Shown here in pieces: positions 18,255 through 27,813 of a stretch of 64,000 nt of DNA. The notes below the pieces were generated by a model. The model worked only from the letters and a program-made list of their open reading frames with translations. It was not told the DNA's origin and did not search any database. Each line of letters begins with the position of its first letter. Position 1 is the first letter of the stretch. The stretch is from an uncultured Acidobacteriota bacterium (GTDB lineage Bacteria; Acidobacteriota; Vicinamibacteria; Vicinamibacterales; 2-12-FULL-66-21): assembly GCA_963847975.1 (NCBI GenBank), contig CAWKBU010000029.1:229064-293063 (forward strand), in the 5' to 3' direction. A program made the translations under genes and the position numbers.

Positions 18255-19745
18255 TCAGAACGCAATCATGAAGTCGCTGAAAAACACTGGCCCATTGCCA
18301 CCGACGACCATCGGCAGCGACAGCGCCCCGACGGGCGACCGGCGGAAGTAGGCGTATTATCGGTGTGCCATCTGACGATCTGGTTTTTCCACGGGAACCA
18401 GTTGGCGCCAATCCGAACGTCCCATGGGTCGCCATACTGGCCGTTGATCTTCGAGCCTAGAACGAAGGCCTGAAGCGTCTTGGGAACGATCATGGCGGAC
18501 GCCTGCAGCTGGAAACCGTTATCACGCAGATCGCTGAACGGGAGCGCCTCTGTTCCAGGGCCGCGCAGGTTGGTCACTGCGCGATAGTAGTATCGCCTTC
18601 GACGCCAAGCCCCGGTACTTCAGCCCGGCGTCAATCGACGACATGTGGTGCTGCGCGTCGCTGATCGCGATGCCCTCGCCAAAGAGCCCCGGGGCGAAGA
18701 TGACGTTCCCGTCCGAAATGCGGATCTGCGCGTTGTCGATGGCCTCGGTGTCCGGCTGGCTCTGCCGGTTTTCGTCGCTGCGGGTGTAGTGCACGCCGAC
18801 CCGCGTCGCCAGGCGTTCGTGCCCTTCGAAGTCGCCGAAACCCGGCCCGAACTCGCCGGTCGTCGGCATCCATGCGAGCGACGAGGACAGCGTATCCAGC
18901 CCGCCGCTCGAGTTGGCCGGCATCGACACCGAACTGACTCAGGTTGTTGCCCAGCATGACTGCGGTACCTCGACGCCCGTAGTCACGAGGCCCTTCGCCC
19001 AGATGCCTTGCGTGTACGACGGCCGGAAATACTCGTCGGCGATGGGGCGGTTGTCGAGCGAGAGCCAGTAAGGAAAGTTCCCTTCGAGCGACCGCGTGCC
19101 CGGCAGGGCACCGATGCCCCCGCCGAGCGTGACATGAGGGTTGAACCGGTCATCGATGTTGCCGCCGACGACCACCTGCGCGCCCAGTTGGCCCTGGCTG
19201 ACGTTGGCGGTCCAGACATACGCGAGGTATCTGAGCTTCGGGCTGAGGATCCACCCGAGAAACTGGACGTTCACCTTCTGCAGGTGGATGTCCTCGCGCG
19301 TGTTGACCGACTTCTCGGTGCCGAACGAGTCCGTGAAAGTATGGTCGAGGCCCTCTTGATTCAAGTAGCGAACGTAGGTAAAGAGCTTGACGTTGAGGTC
19401 ACCCTGGCTGGTATCGGCCACCTTGAACCCGGCCGGGGAGAACGTCCCGAAGGTCGTTCTCTTCGGCCGGACCGCGAAGACGGCGCTGCAGCCGTCCGCG
19501 ACCCAGATGCCCTGACTGTCGTAGCCCCAGCTCTTGTCCCGCTCGCAGACCGCCGCATTGAGCGCCGTCACGAGGCTGACGCCGCCGCTGGTGTCGGCGG
19601 CGCAGGCTTGGCGTTCGCCCGCCCGGGACGCGCACACCATCATCACGGTGTCGTTCGCCGGTGTCGCCTCCTGCGCGAGCGCGGTCCCGGCGGCGAACGT
19701 CAACCAGAGCGGCAGCGTGCACAACGCGAATCGAATATGCGGCAT
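18255..19745 (-). CDS. Outer-membrane porin-like beta-barrel with N-terminal DUF3011-like Cys-rich domain; at least 3 frame changes (near 18935, 18560, 18340)
   Basis: Signal MPHIRFALCTLPLWLTFAAGTALAQ. DUF3011-like CASRAGERQACAAD...VCERDKSWGYDSQGIWVADGCSAVF. Alternating beta-strand sequence runs through ORFs 18939..19745, 18522..18929 and 18266..18577. The last frame gives YFRRSPVGALSLPMVVGGNGPVFFSDFMIAF*, a terminal Phe typical of OM barrels. Confidence 0.6.
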
Positions 19746-19789
19746 GATGAGTCGCTACTCTGACATTAATCCACGATCCGGGTGCTGCC

Positions 19790-19805
19790 CCGCGAAATCT
19801 CGCGG
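19790..19805 (-). terminator. Small GC hairpin ccgcga-aatc-tcgcgg 11 nt downstream of the LprI-like gene
   Basis: Read directly: 6-bp stem, no U-tract. Confidence 0.3.
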
Positions 19806-19816
19806 CCCGCAGCAGA

Positions 19817-20552
19817 TTATTTGAGGGACAGCGAGATCGTGAACGCCGCCTTCGTGCCGCGGCGCGCCTCGTTGCGGAACAAGTACACCATGACGCGGTA
19901 CTCGCCGTCGGCCGGCAGCGTGATCGCGGCTTTGTTGCCGGTCTCGCCCCGGTCGCTCGCGTAGACCGCTTCCTCCGACGCCGCCGGAAGCACGTTGAAG
20001 TAGAGCGAGGTACTCGTCGTCTGCAAGTCGACGACGAGCGTCTGTCCCTTGCGCCCCGGGACAGTGTAGGTGACGTCACCGCGGCCGACGACGGTCCCCT
20101 TGTATATCGCCGGCGCCTGGCCTGGCGTCAGACTCAGCGGCCCTTCCGACGCGGCGCCAGCCGCGCCGGACGCCGCCGTTGTCGCCGGTGCATTCGTCAG
20201 TAGGCCATCGAGCCGGCTGTTGCGCTGCGTATAGGCGTACCGACACGCAGTTGCGCCGCGGCTCGGCGGCGGTCGCGCAGGCGTCGCGCGTCTTGATCCA
20301 GTCGCGTTGCTCGCTTCGGAGGCCCGGCTGCTCCGCCACCGGCACCGCCTTCAGGGCCTGTGCGTACAGCTGGGCCATGCGCGTATCGAGCGCTTTCAAC
20401 TCGGTGTCGCTGCAAATCATCTTTTCGACCGCGCTCGTGGCTTTCGCGCAGTCGAAGCTCTGGCCGGACGCGGCGCTGACGCTGACGCTGACAAAGATCA
20501 GGGCGTTGACGAGCAAGGCTCGGCTACGTCGCGACGAGATGTCTGGAACCAT
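19817..20552 (-). CDS. LprI/DUF1311-like (lysozyme-inhibitor-like) secreted protein with a C-terminal beta-rich domain; frame change near 20233
   Basis: MVPDISSRRSRALLVNALIFVSVSVSAASGQSFDCAKATSAVEKMICSDTELKALDTRMAQLYAQAL...EQRDWIKTRDAC shows the DUF1311 pattern. It continues in another frame as RYAYTQRNSRLDGLL...IYKGTVVGRGDVTYTVPGRKGQTLVVDLQTTSTSLYFNVL...GEYRVMVYLFRNEARRGTKAAFTISLSLK*. Confidence 0.7.
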
Positions 20553-20634
20553 GGTGTACCTTCGATACCTCAGTATGGCGGTGCCGACCGCGCTCCAACT
20601 GCGCGACTTGGCGGATCGTCGGTCCGCTGCTCGT

Positions 20635-21719
20635 CTACTTGTCCGTCGCGCGCTCAACCCGCATCTTCTGGTCGAGAAACTCGATCACGGTCTTCCACGT
20701 CGGCGTGAACGGCGCCGGGTTGGCGACGGCACACCCCTGCGCGGTCGTCGAGCGCACGGTCGCCGCTTCGCGAATGGCATCGTCGGTCAGAAAGCCATTC
20801 CATGGCCCATGCCCTGCCTTCGGCAGGCTGATGAAGACGGCGTCGAGGCAGGCCTTGTTGAGCGCCATGTAGAGCTGCTCGCCCTGATTGTGCGGCACGA
20901 GCGGATCCGAGCCGCCGTGCAGGATCATCATCGGCGGATCGGCGGCGGTGACGTAGCGCACGGGATTGGCCGCCTGCACCTTGTCGGGGCAGGTCTGGAT
21001 CGCGCAGCCGACCAGCCGCGACTCCGGCGACGTCGGCATCATCGTGACAGCCTGGCTGGCGCGCACTTCCGGAGCGCCCACGCGTCCATGGTCAGGAAAT
21101 TGGTCGGTGGATAGAACGCGACCGCTGCCTGCACCTTGCTCGACACGCCCGGTCGTGCCGACGGAGCCTTCCATCTCGGGCGCGTCGCCGGTCAGCGCGG
21201 CCATCGCCGTCGTCCAGCCGCCGGAGCTGTCGCCCATGATCGCGATGCGGTCTGGGATCGAGGTTGTACTTCGGCGCATTGGCGCGCAGCCAGCGGATGG
21301 CGGCCTTGATGTCGTGCAGCTGGCCGGGAAACTGCACCTGCGAGCTCGAACGGATCGACACACCGGCGACGGCGTAGCCAGCCGGGTTGAGCTGCGCCGC
21401 GACGCCCGGAGCCGTGCGCTTGCCCGTGTCCGCCATCCACGCGGAGCCGCCGGTCCAGATCGCGACCGGCAGCGGCCCGGTCGCGCCGCTCGGGATGTAG
21501 AGATCGAGCTTGTGGCCGTTGCTGGTCGCGGGCTCGGGCGGCGCGTACTCGAGATCGGCGTGCGTCGGAGGTGGACCGGGAGGCGCGCGCCGGGCCGCGC
21601 CCACGGCCCCCCTGGGGCGGGCCGCCTGCAGGTTGCGCAGGCGCTTGCATCCATGCCGCAGTTGCGGAGACGAACAGGCTGAGGGCGAGCCCCAGCACCA
21701 CCGCGATACGTCGAGTCAT
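20635..21719 (-). CDS. Secreted alpha/beta-hydrolase (carboxylesterase-like); about 4 frame changes (near 21600, 21250, 21150, 21075)
   Basis: Signal MTRRIAVVLGLALSLFVSATAA; LDLYIPSGATGPLPVAIWTGGSAW...; nucleophile elbow IAIMGDSSGGW; ...PPMMILHGGSDPLVP...LPKAGHG. Assembled from ORFs 21192..21719, 21092..21604 and 20635..21654. Confidence 0.7.
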
Positions 21720-22037
21720 TCGTGCCTCTCAGTTACCCTGTCGGCAGTTTCACACTTCTCGGCCAGGCGAGATGCGCGCGTCGACCTGCAACGGATCATA
21801 CATGTTGATCGATGAGACCGTCGGGGGCATCAGTCTGACCTCGCCGGCCCCATCGACCTCGAGCTGCGTCACCTCAACCAGCTCTGCACCACCTCGCCTG
21901 GCGAAGCGGCTTCGCGCTCAACTGTGCGATCCGCGCCGCGCCTTCGTTATGTCTGGTAGAGAAGACCGGAGGCGTCCGTCTCTATCTTGGCGCGCGGAGC
22001 TTGAACGTCGCGCAAGACCAGTCAGGAGCCGTGGATC

Positions 22038-23343
22038 ATGTCCGTGCAAACCACTCTCAATGCCGTCGGGGTCGCCCAGGTCATCGTCACGCTGAAGAAC
22101 GTCCCCCCCGGTAACGGGGCGGCGCTTGCGGCGGCTGGCAGGGACGTTCAGCACGTCACGCGTCACTTCCGGCGATCGGAAGACAGCCGGCCCGGTGCGG
22201 TAGCGGCCGCTACCGGACGACGCAAGCCGCCGAGCCCGTGCAAGGTTTACAAGAACCTCGGCGTGATCCTCGGCACCGTCGATCAGAAGGGGTACCGCGG
22301 ACTGAAGAAGGATCCGTCGGTCAAAGCCGTCAACGAAGCCCCACAGATCAGCTTGATCAAACCGGTCGCCGCAACCCTGGCCACCGCGGCGAAGGGTCCC
22401 ACGTGGGGCATCAAGCGGCTGAAGGTGGAGAAACTCTGGGCGCAAGGCCTGACCGGAACGGGCGTCCTCGTCGGTCACCTCGATACCGGCGTTGACGCGA
22501 AGCATCCCGCATTCAAGGGCGGCGCGATCGCGAAGTTCGCGGAGTTCGACGATCTCGGCGAGATCGTGCCCGGCGCCAAGGCACACGACAGCGACGAGCA
22601 CGGCACGCACACCGCCGGCACGATCGTGGGACGGGCCGTGAAAGGCAGCGTGTTTGGCGTGGCGCCGGGCGCGCAACTGGCGAGCGCGATGGTGATCGAA
22701 GGCGGCGACGTCATCGCCCGCATCCTGGGCGGGATGGACTGGATCGTCGGCGAAGGCGCGCGGATTCTCAGCATGTCACTCGGGCTGCGCGGGTTTCATG
22801 CCGAGTTCCTGCCGCTGATGCAGGCCATCCGCAACCGCGGCATCCTGCCCGTCATCGCCGTTGGCAACGAGGGCCCGGGCACCAGCCGATCGCCCGGCAA
22901 CTACGACCTCGTCCTGTCGGTCGGCGCGTCCAGCGACCAGGATGAGGTGGCGGACTTTTCCTCGAGCCAACGCTTCGTCGCGCCCGGGCGATCCGCTGGT
23001 CCCGGATCTCGTGGCACCAGGCGTGGACACGCTGTCGGCGCTACCCGGCGGGCAATTCGGCGAGTTCAGCGGCTCGTCGATGGCGACGCCCCACATCGCG
23101 GGCCTGGCGGCCCTGCTGTGGCAGGCAAAGCCCGGCGCCACCGTGGAGGAAATCGAAGCCGCCATCCTGAAGTCATGCAAGCGGCCGGCGTCGATGCCTG
23201 CGGCGCGTGCGAACCGGGGCGTGCCGGACGCCGTCGCTGCGCTGGCTCTGCTGCAGGGCGTCAGCCCGGCCAAAAAGGGAGGCAAGAAGACGGCACGGAA
23301 AAAGAGCGCGAAAAAGAGTAAGGTGACGAAGAAGGTCAAGTAA
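22038..23343 (+). CDS. Subtilisin-family (S8) serine peptidase with N-terminal I9-like prodomain, no signal peptide and a Lys-rich C-terminal tail; frame change near 22985
   Basis: Catalytic triad contexts VGHLDTGVD, DEHGTHTAGTI and SGSSMATPHIAGLAALL (the last in ORF 22861..23343). The tail is PAKKGGKKTARKKSAKKSKVTKKVK*. The N-terminus MSVQTTLNAVGVAQVIVTLK is not signal-like. Confidence 0.85.
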
Positions 23344-23367
23344 GGGGCCACCCCCCGGGTTCGTCAC

Positions 23368-23730
23368 ATGCCACGAAAAGCCGCCTCGAAGGCGACGATC
23401 GATCCGAAGTTGCTCCGCCAGCTCGAAGAGGCCCCGGCCGACGCGGTGGTCGGGGCCGTCTTCACGCTGAAGACGCCCGAGGGCGAGCGCTACCTGAAAG
23501 CGGCGTCGGCCAAGGACGTGATGAGCAAGATCGTCGAAGACGCGTCCGCGGACGCGCACGCACAGCCGCAGCGCCTGACGCTCTTTCCGAATGTGCAGTC
23601 GTTCGCGGTGTCGGGCCCGCCAGCGCTCGTCCGCAAGCTGGTCGAGCACGCGGACGTCGCCTCGGCCATGGCGAACGCGCAGGACGAAGATCTCTTGATT
23701 CGTCCGGTCAAGACCGATCGAAAAACCTAG
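23368..23730 (+). CDS. Stand-alone subtilisin-prodomain (I9 inhibitor)-like protein, paralogous to the N-terminus of the upstream S8 peptidase
   Basis: 120 aa. VVGAVFTLKTPEGE...LTLFPNVQSFAVSGPPALVRKLVEHADVASAMANAQDEDLLIRPV aligns by eye with the S8 N-terminus VAQVIVTLKNVPPG...KVYKNLGVILGTVDQKGYRGLKKDPSVKAVNEAPQISLIKPV. The start is 24 nt after the S8 stop. Confidence 0.6.
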   Translation: MPRKAASKATIDPKLLRQLEEAPADAVVGAVFTLKTPEGERYLKAASAKDVMSKIVEDASADAHAQPQRLTLFPNVQSFAVSGPPALVRKLVEHADVASAMANAQDEDLLIRPVKTDRKT

Positions 23731-23782
23731 CCACCTGTTCACTCGCGATGAACTCGCGGGTGGAGGTGCGCCTCCTACCGGA

Positions 23783-24802
23783 CTACTTGATCGAAACGAA
23801 CGCCAGGCCGTTGTTGGGGTTCATCGGAATCACGAGCTGCTGTGCCCCCGCGTCGTAGCACATCGACGCCGCGTTCGGGATATTCCGCGCGATGAGCTCG
23901 GCGGGGACGCCCGGACGGATGCGGGACACACCGCCGTTCAGCACGCTGCTCACGTACTTGGTGCCGTCGGGCATGATCACGAGGCCGTCGTTGCCGGCTT
24001 GCGCCGCGTTCTCGGTCTTCAGCAACTGCCCCGCGGGAGAGAACGTCAGCACTTCGTTGTTGCCGATGTTGACGACCACGATGTTGCCCTGCGGATCGAA
24101 CGCGATGCCGTTCGGCTGCCGGAGCGGCGCGCCCTGGATGAAGATCGACGGCGTGCCGTCGCGCGCGATCTTCCACACTTGCCAGCTTGCTGGCTCGGGC
24201 TTGTCGCCACCGACTCCGGTTTGCGTCGCGTAGATCGTCCCGTCGTCGGCGACCTCGAGGTCGTTGAGCCAGGGCGATTTCTCGACCCGGACCTCGCCGG
24301 CGGGCGCGCCAGTCTGCAAGTTGAAGCGACGAATCACGGCGACGCTCGGCTCGTTCGGGCTGGTGCCACCGTCGCGGTCGGCCAGGTACAACACGCCGTT
24401 CGCGATGTCGCTGCCGTAGGGTTCGTTGAGGACGAGCGGCGGCGAGAGGTTGTTGCGCTGGTCGCCGGGATTCTGGACGCCAATCCATCGCGAGGTATGG
24501 ACCGAGCCATCGTGGTTGATGAACGAGACCCAGGCGTTGTTGGTCTGCACGTTCTGCGCGACGCCGCGGCTCGGCACGACGATCAGGCCGCGGCCGGCAT
24601 CGTACGAGCAGCTCTCCGCCGAGTAGATGGCGCCGAACACCTTCACGTTCGGCGAGATGGCCTCGAAGGCGCCATCGGCCGCCGGGTTGATCGGCAGCCC
24701 GAGACGGTTGCCGACGAAGAAGGGCTGAGCTGGCTGTTGCGCGATGAGCGCGATCCCCAGGACCAGCATGCCGCTAGCGGCGAGGACGGGACGTCGTTTC
24801 AT
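23783..24802 (-). CDS. Secreted beta-propeller protein (SMP-30/gluconolactonase/NHL-like)
   Basis: Intact 339-aa ORF. Signal MKRRPVLAASGMLVLGIALIA. Repeated blade-like motifs: GVLYLADRDGG, DDGTIYATQ, PNGIAFDPQGNIVVVN, NDGLVIMPDGTKYV. Confidence 0.8.
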   Translation of the reverse strand: MKRRPVLAASGMLVLGIALIAQQPAQPFFVGNRLGLPINPAADGAFEAISPNVKVFGAIYSAESCSYDAGRGLIVVPSRGVAQNVQTNNAWVSFINHDGSVHTSRWIGVQNPGDQRNNLSPPLVLNEPYGSDIANGVLYLADRDGGTSPNEPSVAVIRRFNLQTGAPAGEVRVEKSPWLNDLEVADDGTIYATQTGVGGDKPEPASWQVWKIARDGTPSIFIQGAPLRQPNGIAFDPQGNIVVVNIGNNEVLTFSPAGQLLKTENAAQAGNDGLVIMPDGTKYVSSVLNGGVSRIRPGVPAELIARNIPNAASMCYDAGAQQLVIPMNPNNGLAFVSIK

Positions 24803-25061
24803 GACCGGGATCTCCTTTGTGAGACCGTGCCATTCTGAGCGGCAGTGATCTCAGGCTCCGCGATTATAGAGGAGCCGCCCGTGCCGCACCTCATTGCTGC
24901 CGCTACCGCTGGGGCTGCCGCTACCGCCGGGCGTCACCAGATGTTTGCATTCGCGTGACTGCCAGGTTGCGCTCCCTACACATCCGCCCGATAAAGTCTC
25001 GGCCTCACGTCACGGCCTCGACCCGAGTCAAGGCCGCCACCGGTGAGAGAGGGAGTCGAGC

Positions 25062-26543
25062 GTGGAGTACTCAGTGAATGAAGGTCGCCGGACATTTCTG
25101 CGGCGTGGCGCGATGGGCGCCGGCGCGGTGTGGATGTTGTCGCTGCAGGAGCTCGCGGCCCGTGGCGGGCATCGCGGGCCAGTCGTCATCGACGGCGTCA
25201 GTCCGTACGGGCCGATTCGGCCTCAGAAGGATGAGACCACCGGGCTCGAACTGCTGAAGCTGCCCGAGGGCTTCCGCTACTGGTCGTACAGCTGGACGGG
25301 AGACCCGCTGTCGGATGGCGTCGCCTGTCCGAATCTCCACGATGGCATGGCCGTCGTCGATGACTGGCGGTCGTCGGACAGCGAACCGGCATCGTTCGAC
25401 GAAGACAATCTCAAGAGCTGGCAATCGGGGTCGTCGCGATCGGGCGAGCGCTACGACGATCACGATCGGCGGCCGCGGTCCGGAAAGATCGTGCTCGTCC
25501 GCAATCACGAAGGCAACGCCGGTCAGCCCTACGTCGCGGGCCGTCCCGACATCACCTACACCCCGGCGGGCATGCCGACCGGCAACGGCGGCACGACCAA
25601 CCTGGTGTTCGACACGAAGCGCGGCAAGTGGCTGGCCTCCTGGTCGAGCCTGGCCGGCACCATCCGCAACTGCGCGGGCGGCGTCACGCCCTGGGGCAGC
25701 TGGCTCACCTGCGAGGAGACCGACGTCGCGGGGCACGGCTGGGTCTTCGACGTGGGATTCCGCAAGGGCAACACCACGCCCCTCATCGAGATGGGCCGCT
25801 TCTCGCACGAAGCGATGATGGTCGATCCGCACACCGGCGTCGTCTACGAGACCGAGGACGCGGGCAACTCCGGGTTCTTCCGGTTCGTGCCCTATCGCTC
25901 CGGTCAGATGGATCAGGGCGGCAGGTTGTACATGCTCGCGATTCGGAACCAGCCCAACCTCGATCTCGGCACGTACTGGCCGATCGGCACGCGCTGGGAC
26001 GTGCGCTGGGTCCGGATCGACGATCCCACCGCCGCCACCGAGTCGTGCTACGCGCAAGGCGCCGCCCAGGGTGGGGCGCGGTTCAGCCGCCTCGAAGGTG
26101 CGTGGTGGGGCGATCGGACGGGCTACTTCCTGTCGACCAACGGTGGCAGCGTGGGCGAAGGACAGGTCTTCGAGTACGACCCGCGCGACGAAACGCTCAC
26201 CGTCATCTATGACGCGCCGAACGCGAACAGCGTCGACAACCCGGACAACATGACGGTGACGCCGCGCGGCGGGCTGCTGCTCTGCGAGGACGCGGCCGGC
26301 AACCACTTCACCGAAGGCGAGCGGCTCGTCGGCCTCACGCTGCACGGCAAGTCATTCACGTTCGCGATGAACAACATCAACCTGATGACGAGCTACAACG
26401 ACGTCGTGCTGGCTGGCGACTACCGTCAGTCCGAGTGGGCGGGCGCCTGCTACAGCCCCGACGGCAACTGGTTGTTTGCCAACATCCAGACGCCGGGAGT
26501 GACGTTCGCGATTACCGGTCCCTGGGGACGCGGTCCCCTGTAA
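25062..26543 (+). CDS. PhoX-like (DUF839) secreted phosphatase with Tat signal
   Basis: Tat motif GRRTFLRRGAMGAGAV. NCAGGVTPWGSWLTCEE, MGRFSHEAMMVDP, FSRLEGAWW, DNPDNMTVTPRGGLLLCED and GACYSPDGNWLFANIQTPG are PhoX/DUF839 hallmarks. Confidence 0.85.
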   Translation: MEYSVNEGRRTFLRRGAMGAGAVWMLSLQELAARGGHRGPVVIDGVSPYGPIRPQKDETTGLELLKLPEGFRYWSYSWTGDPLSDGVACPNLHDGMAVVDDWRSSDSEPASFDEDNLKSWQSGSSRSGERYDDHDRRPRSGKIVLVRNHEGNAGQPYVAGRPDITYTPAGMPTGNGGTTNLVFDTKRGKWLASWSSLAGTIRNCAGGVTPWGSWLTCEETDVAGHGWVFDVGFRKGNTTPLIEMGRFSHEAMMVDPHTGVVYETEDAGNSGFFRFVPYRSGQMDQGGRLYMLAIRNQPNLDLGTYWPIGTRWDVRWVRIDDPTAATESCYAQGAAQGGARFSRLEGAWWGDRTGYFLSTNGGSVGEGQVFEYDPRDETLTVIYDAPNANSVDNPDNMTVTPRGGLLLCEDAAGNHFTEGERLVGLTLHGKSFTFAMNNINLMTSYNDVVLAGDYRQSEWAGACYSPDGNWLFANIQTPGVTFAITGPWGRGPL

Positions 26544-26560
26544 GAACCCGCCCTCTCCAT

Positions 26561-26596
26561 CGCGCCCGGCCCCGGCGTGGCCGCGGGCCGGGCGCG
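26561..26596. terminator. GC-rich hairpin between convergent phoX-like and Gly-repeat genes (12-bp perfect stem)
   Basis: cgcgcccggccc (26561-26572) pairs perfectly with gggccgggcgcg (26585-26596). The 12-nt loop has extra ggc/gcc pairing. There is no U-tract. Confidence 0.45.
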
Positions 26597-26605
26597 CCTC
26601 GGACC

Positions 26606-27664
26606 CTACCTCTCCGGGGTCATCGATCGCTCCGAGTGTGGCGATGGGAGGACGGGCTCCGGTGGCATGGTCACCGTCGCGAGCCGCTCGCCGACGATGT
26701 CCTTCCGCTTGGCCACGATGCGCCAACTAAACGTCCCGGAGATGTCGCATTCCTTCCGTCCCTGCAGGGCTGCGAGCGCGGCATTCGCTTCGACCGTGAA
26801 GCCCTTGGGCGTCCGTTTGGTCACGTGCAGCAGGTGGTCGTGGTCGTACCCAGTGAGGAACACGTGGTACGCGTCCATTACCGAGACCGCGGCAAAGCCG
26901 GGCTCAATCGCGACGTCCGCCTTGCCGTCGACGAGCTCGCCGGTGCCGAAATCTTCGAACCAGCTTTCGGGGCTCTCCACACAGTACAACTGACGATGGG
27001 AGCCGTCGGGATGAGGCACTGCGGCGCTCTTCGCGCCGCCGACGACGATGAAGTCGCCACCAACAAGCACCGGCCCGTAGAAGGCGGCGGCATAGGCGCC
27101 CGCCACGCCGTTGGTCGCGCCCACGACGGCCGCTCCGCCTGCGGCTGCGGTCGCACCGACGAGCCCGTGCCCGTTGGCCGAGAGGCCGTATACGCCGAAA
27201 CCACCCGCCCCCGGGCCGGGCCCAACGTAGGAGGAATTGTTCAGTCCATAGATCGCGATCGCGCTGGCAGAAGAAGTGGCGGGAATCTGGCCGAGCACGG
27301 CACTGCTACCTTGCGACTGCCCAACGACGCCATACCCGTTGCTCCCATTGACGCCGAGGACACCGGCAAGCCCGGCGCCGTTCCGAATTCCCAGAACACC
27401 GCTGAAGATGGGGGGGACGGCCGCTCCACTCAGCGACCCGATGACTCCATGGTTCGTGCCGTTGAGCGCCGGGAGAGTCGGCGGGCCGACGCCTGGCGAT
27501 GCCAGAAGCCCGTACTCCGCCGTCGCTGCACCGATTACTGTCGTGTTCGCGCCTGCCTCGGCCCGTCCGGCGTTGGTGAGTTTGCCGACGACCACCGCCG
27601 CGAACGCCGACAATCCCGCGAGCATTCGCCGGCGTCCAGATGATCCCTTCGCGACGTCGGTCAT
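26606..27664 (-). CDS. Tat-signal secreted glycine-repeat (beta-solenoid-like) protein with conserved-looking globular C-terminal domain; function unknown
   Basis: GAGGAG RBS 7 nt before ATG 27664. MTDVAKGSSGRRRMLAGLSAFAAVVVG carries a twin-Arg motif. About 200 aa of G-x-x-G-(V/L)-(V/L)-G type repeats follow (GVIGSLSG, GVLGIRNGAGLAGVLGVNGSNGYGVVGQSQGSSAVLG, GFGVYGLSANGHGLVGATAAAGGAAVVGATNGVAGA). Then comes GDFIVVGGAKSAAVPHPDGSHRQLYCVESPESWFEDFGTGELVDGKADVAIEPGFAAV... Confidence 0.75.
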   Translation of the reverse strand: MTDVAKGSSGRRRMLAGLSAFAAVVVGKLTNAGRAEAGANTTVIGAATAEYGLLASPGVGPPTLPALNGTNHGVIGSLSGAAVPPIFSGVLGIRNGAGLAGVLGVNGSNGYGVVGQSQGSSAVLGQIPATSSASAIAIYGLNNSSYVGPGPGAGGFGVYGLSANGHGLVGATAAAGGAAVVGATNGVAGAYAAAFYGPVLVGGDFIVVGGAKSAAVPHPDGSHRQLYCVESPESWFEDFGTGELVDGKADVAIEPGFAAVSVMDAYHVFLTGYDHDHLLHVTKRTPKGFTVEANAALAALQGRKECDISGTFSWRIVAKRKDIVGERLATVTMPPEPVLPSPHSERSMTPER

Positions 27665-27813
27665 GTGACATCTCCTCAGTCCGAATTCGCGCGGAACATA
27701 CCGCAGGCCAGCTCTAGGTGGCAAGACCAACTCCTGTACACTACGGCGAGCGGACAGGGAAACGCCCTACGGGGTGGAGAACTCCGGTGCGTTTCCCTCT
27801 CGCAGGCCTCCTC

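Noticed and set aside
21918-22676. 252-aa minus-strand ORF overlapping the 5' third of the S8 peptidase gene
   Set aside because: It has no motifs or RBS and is antisense to sequence encoding the conserved subtilisin Asp and His blocks.
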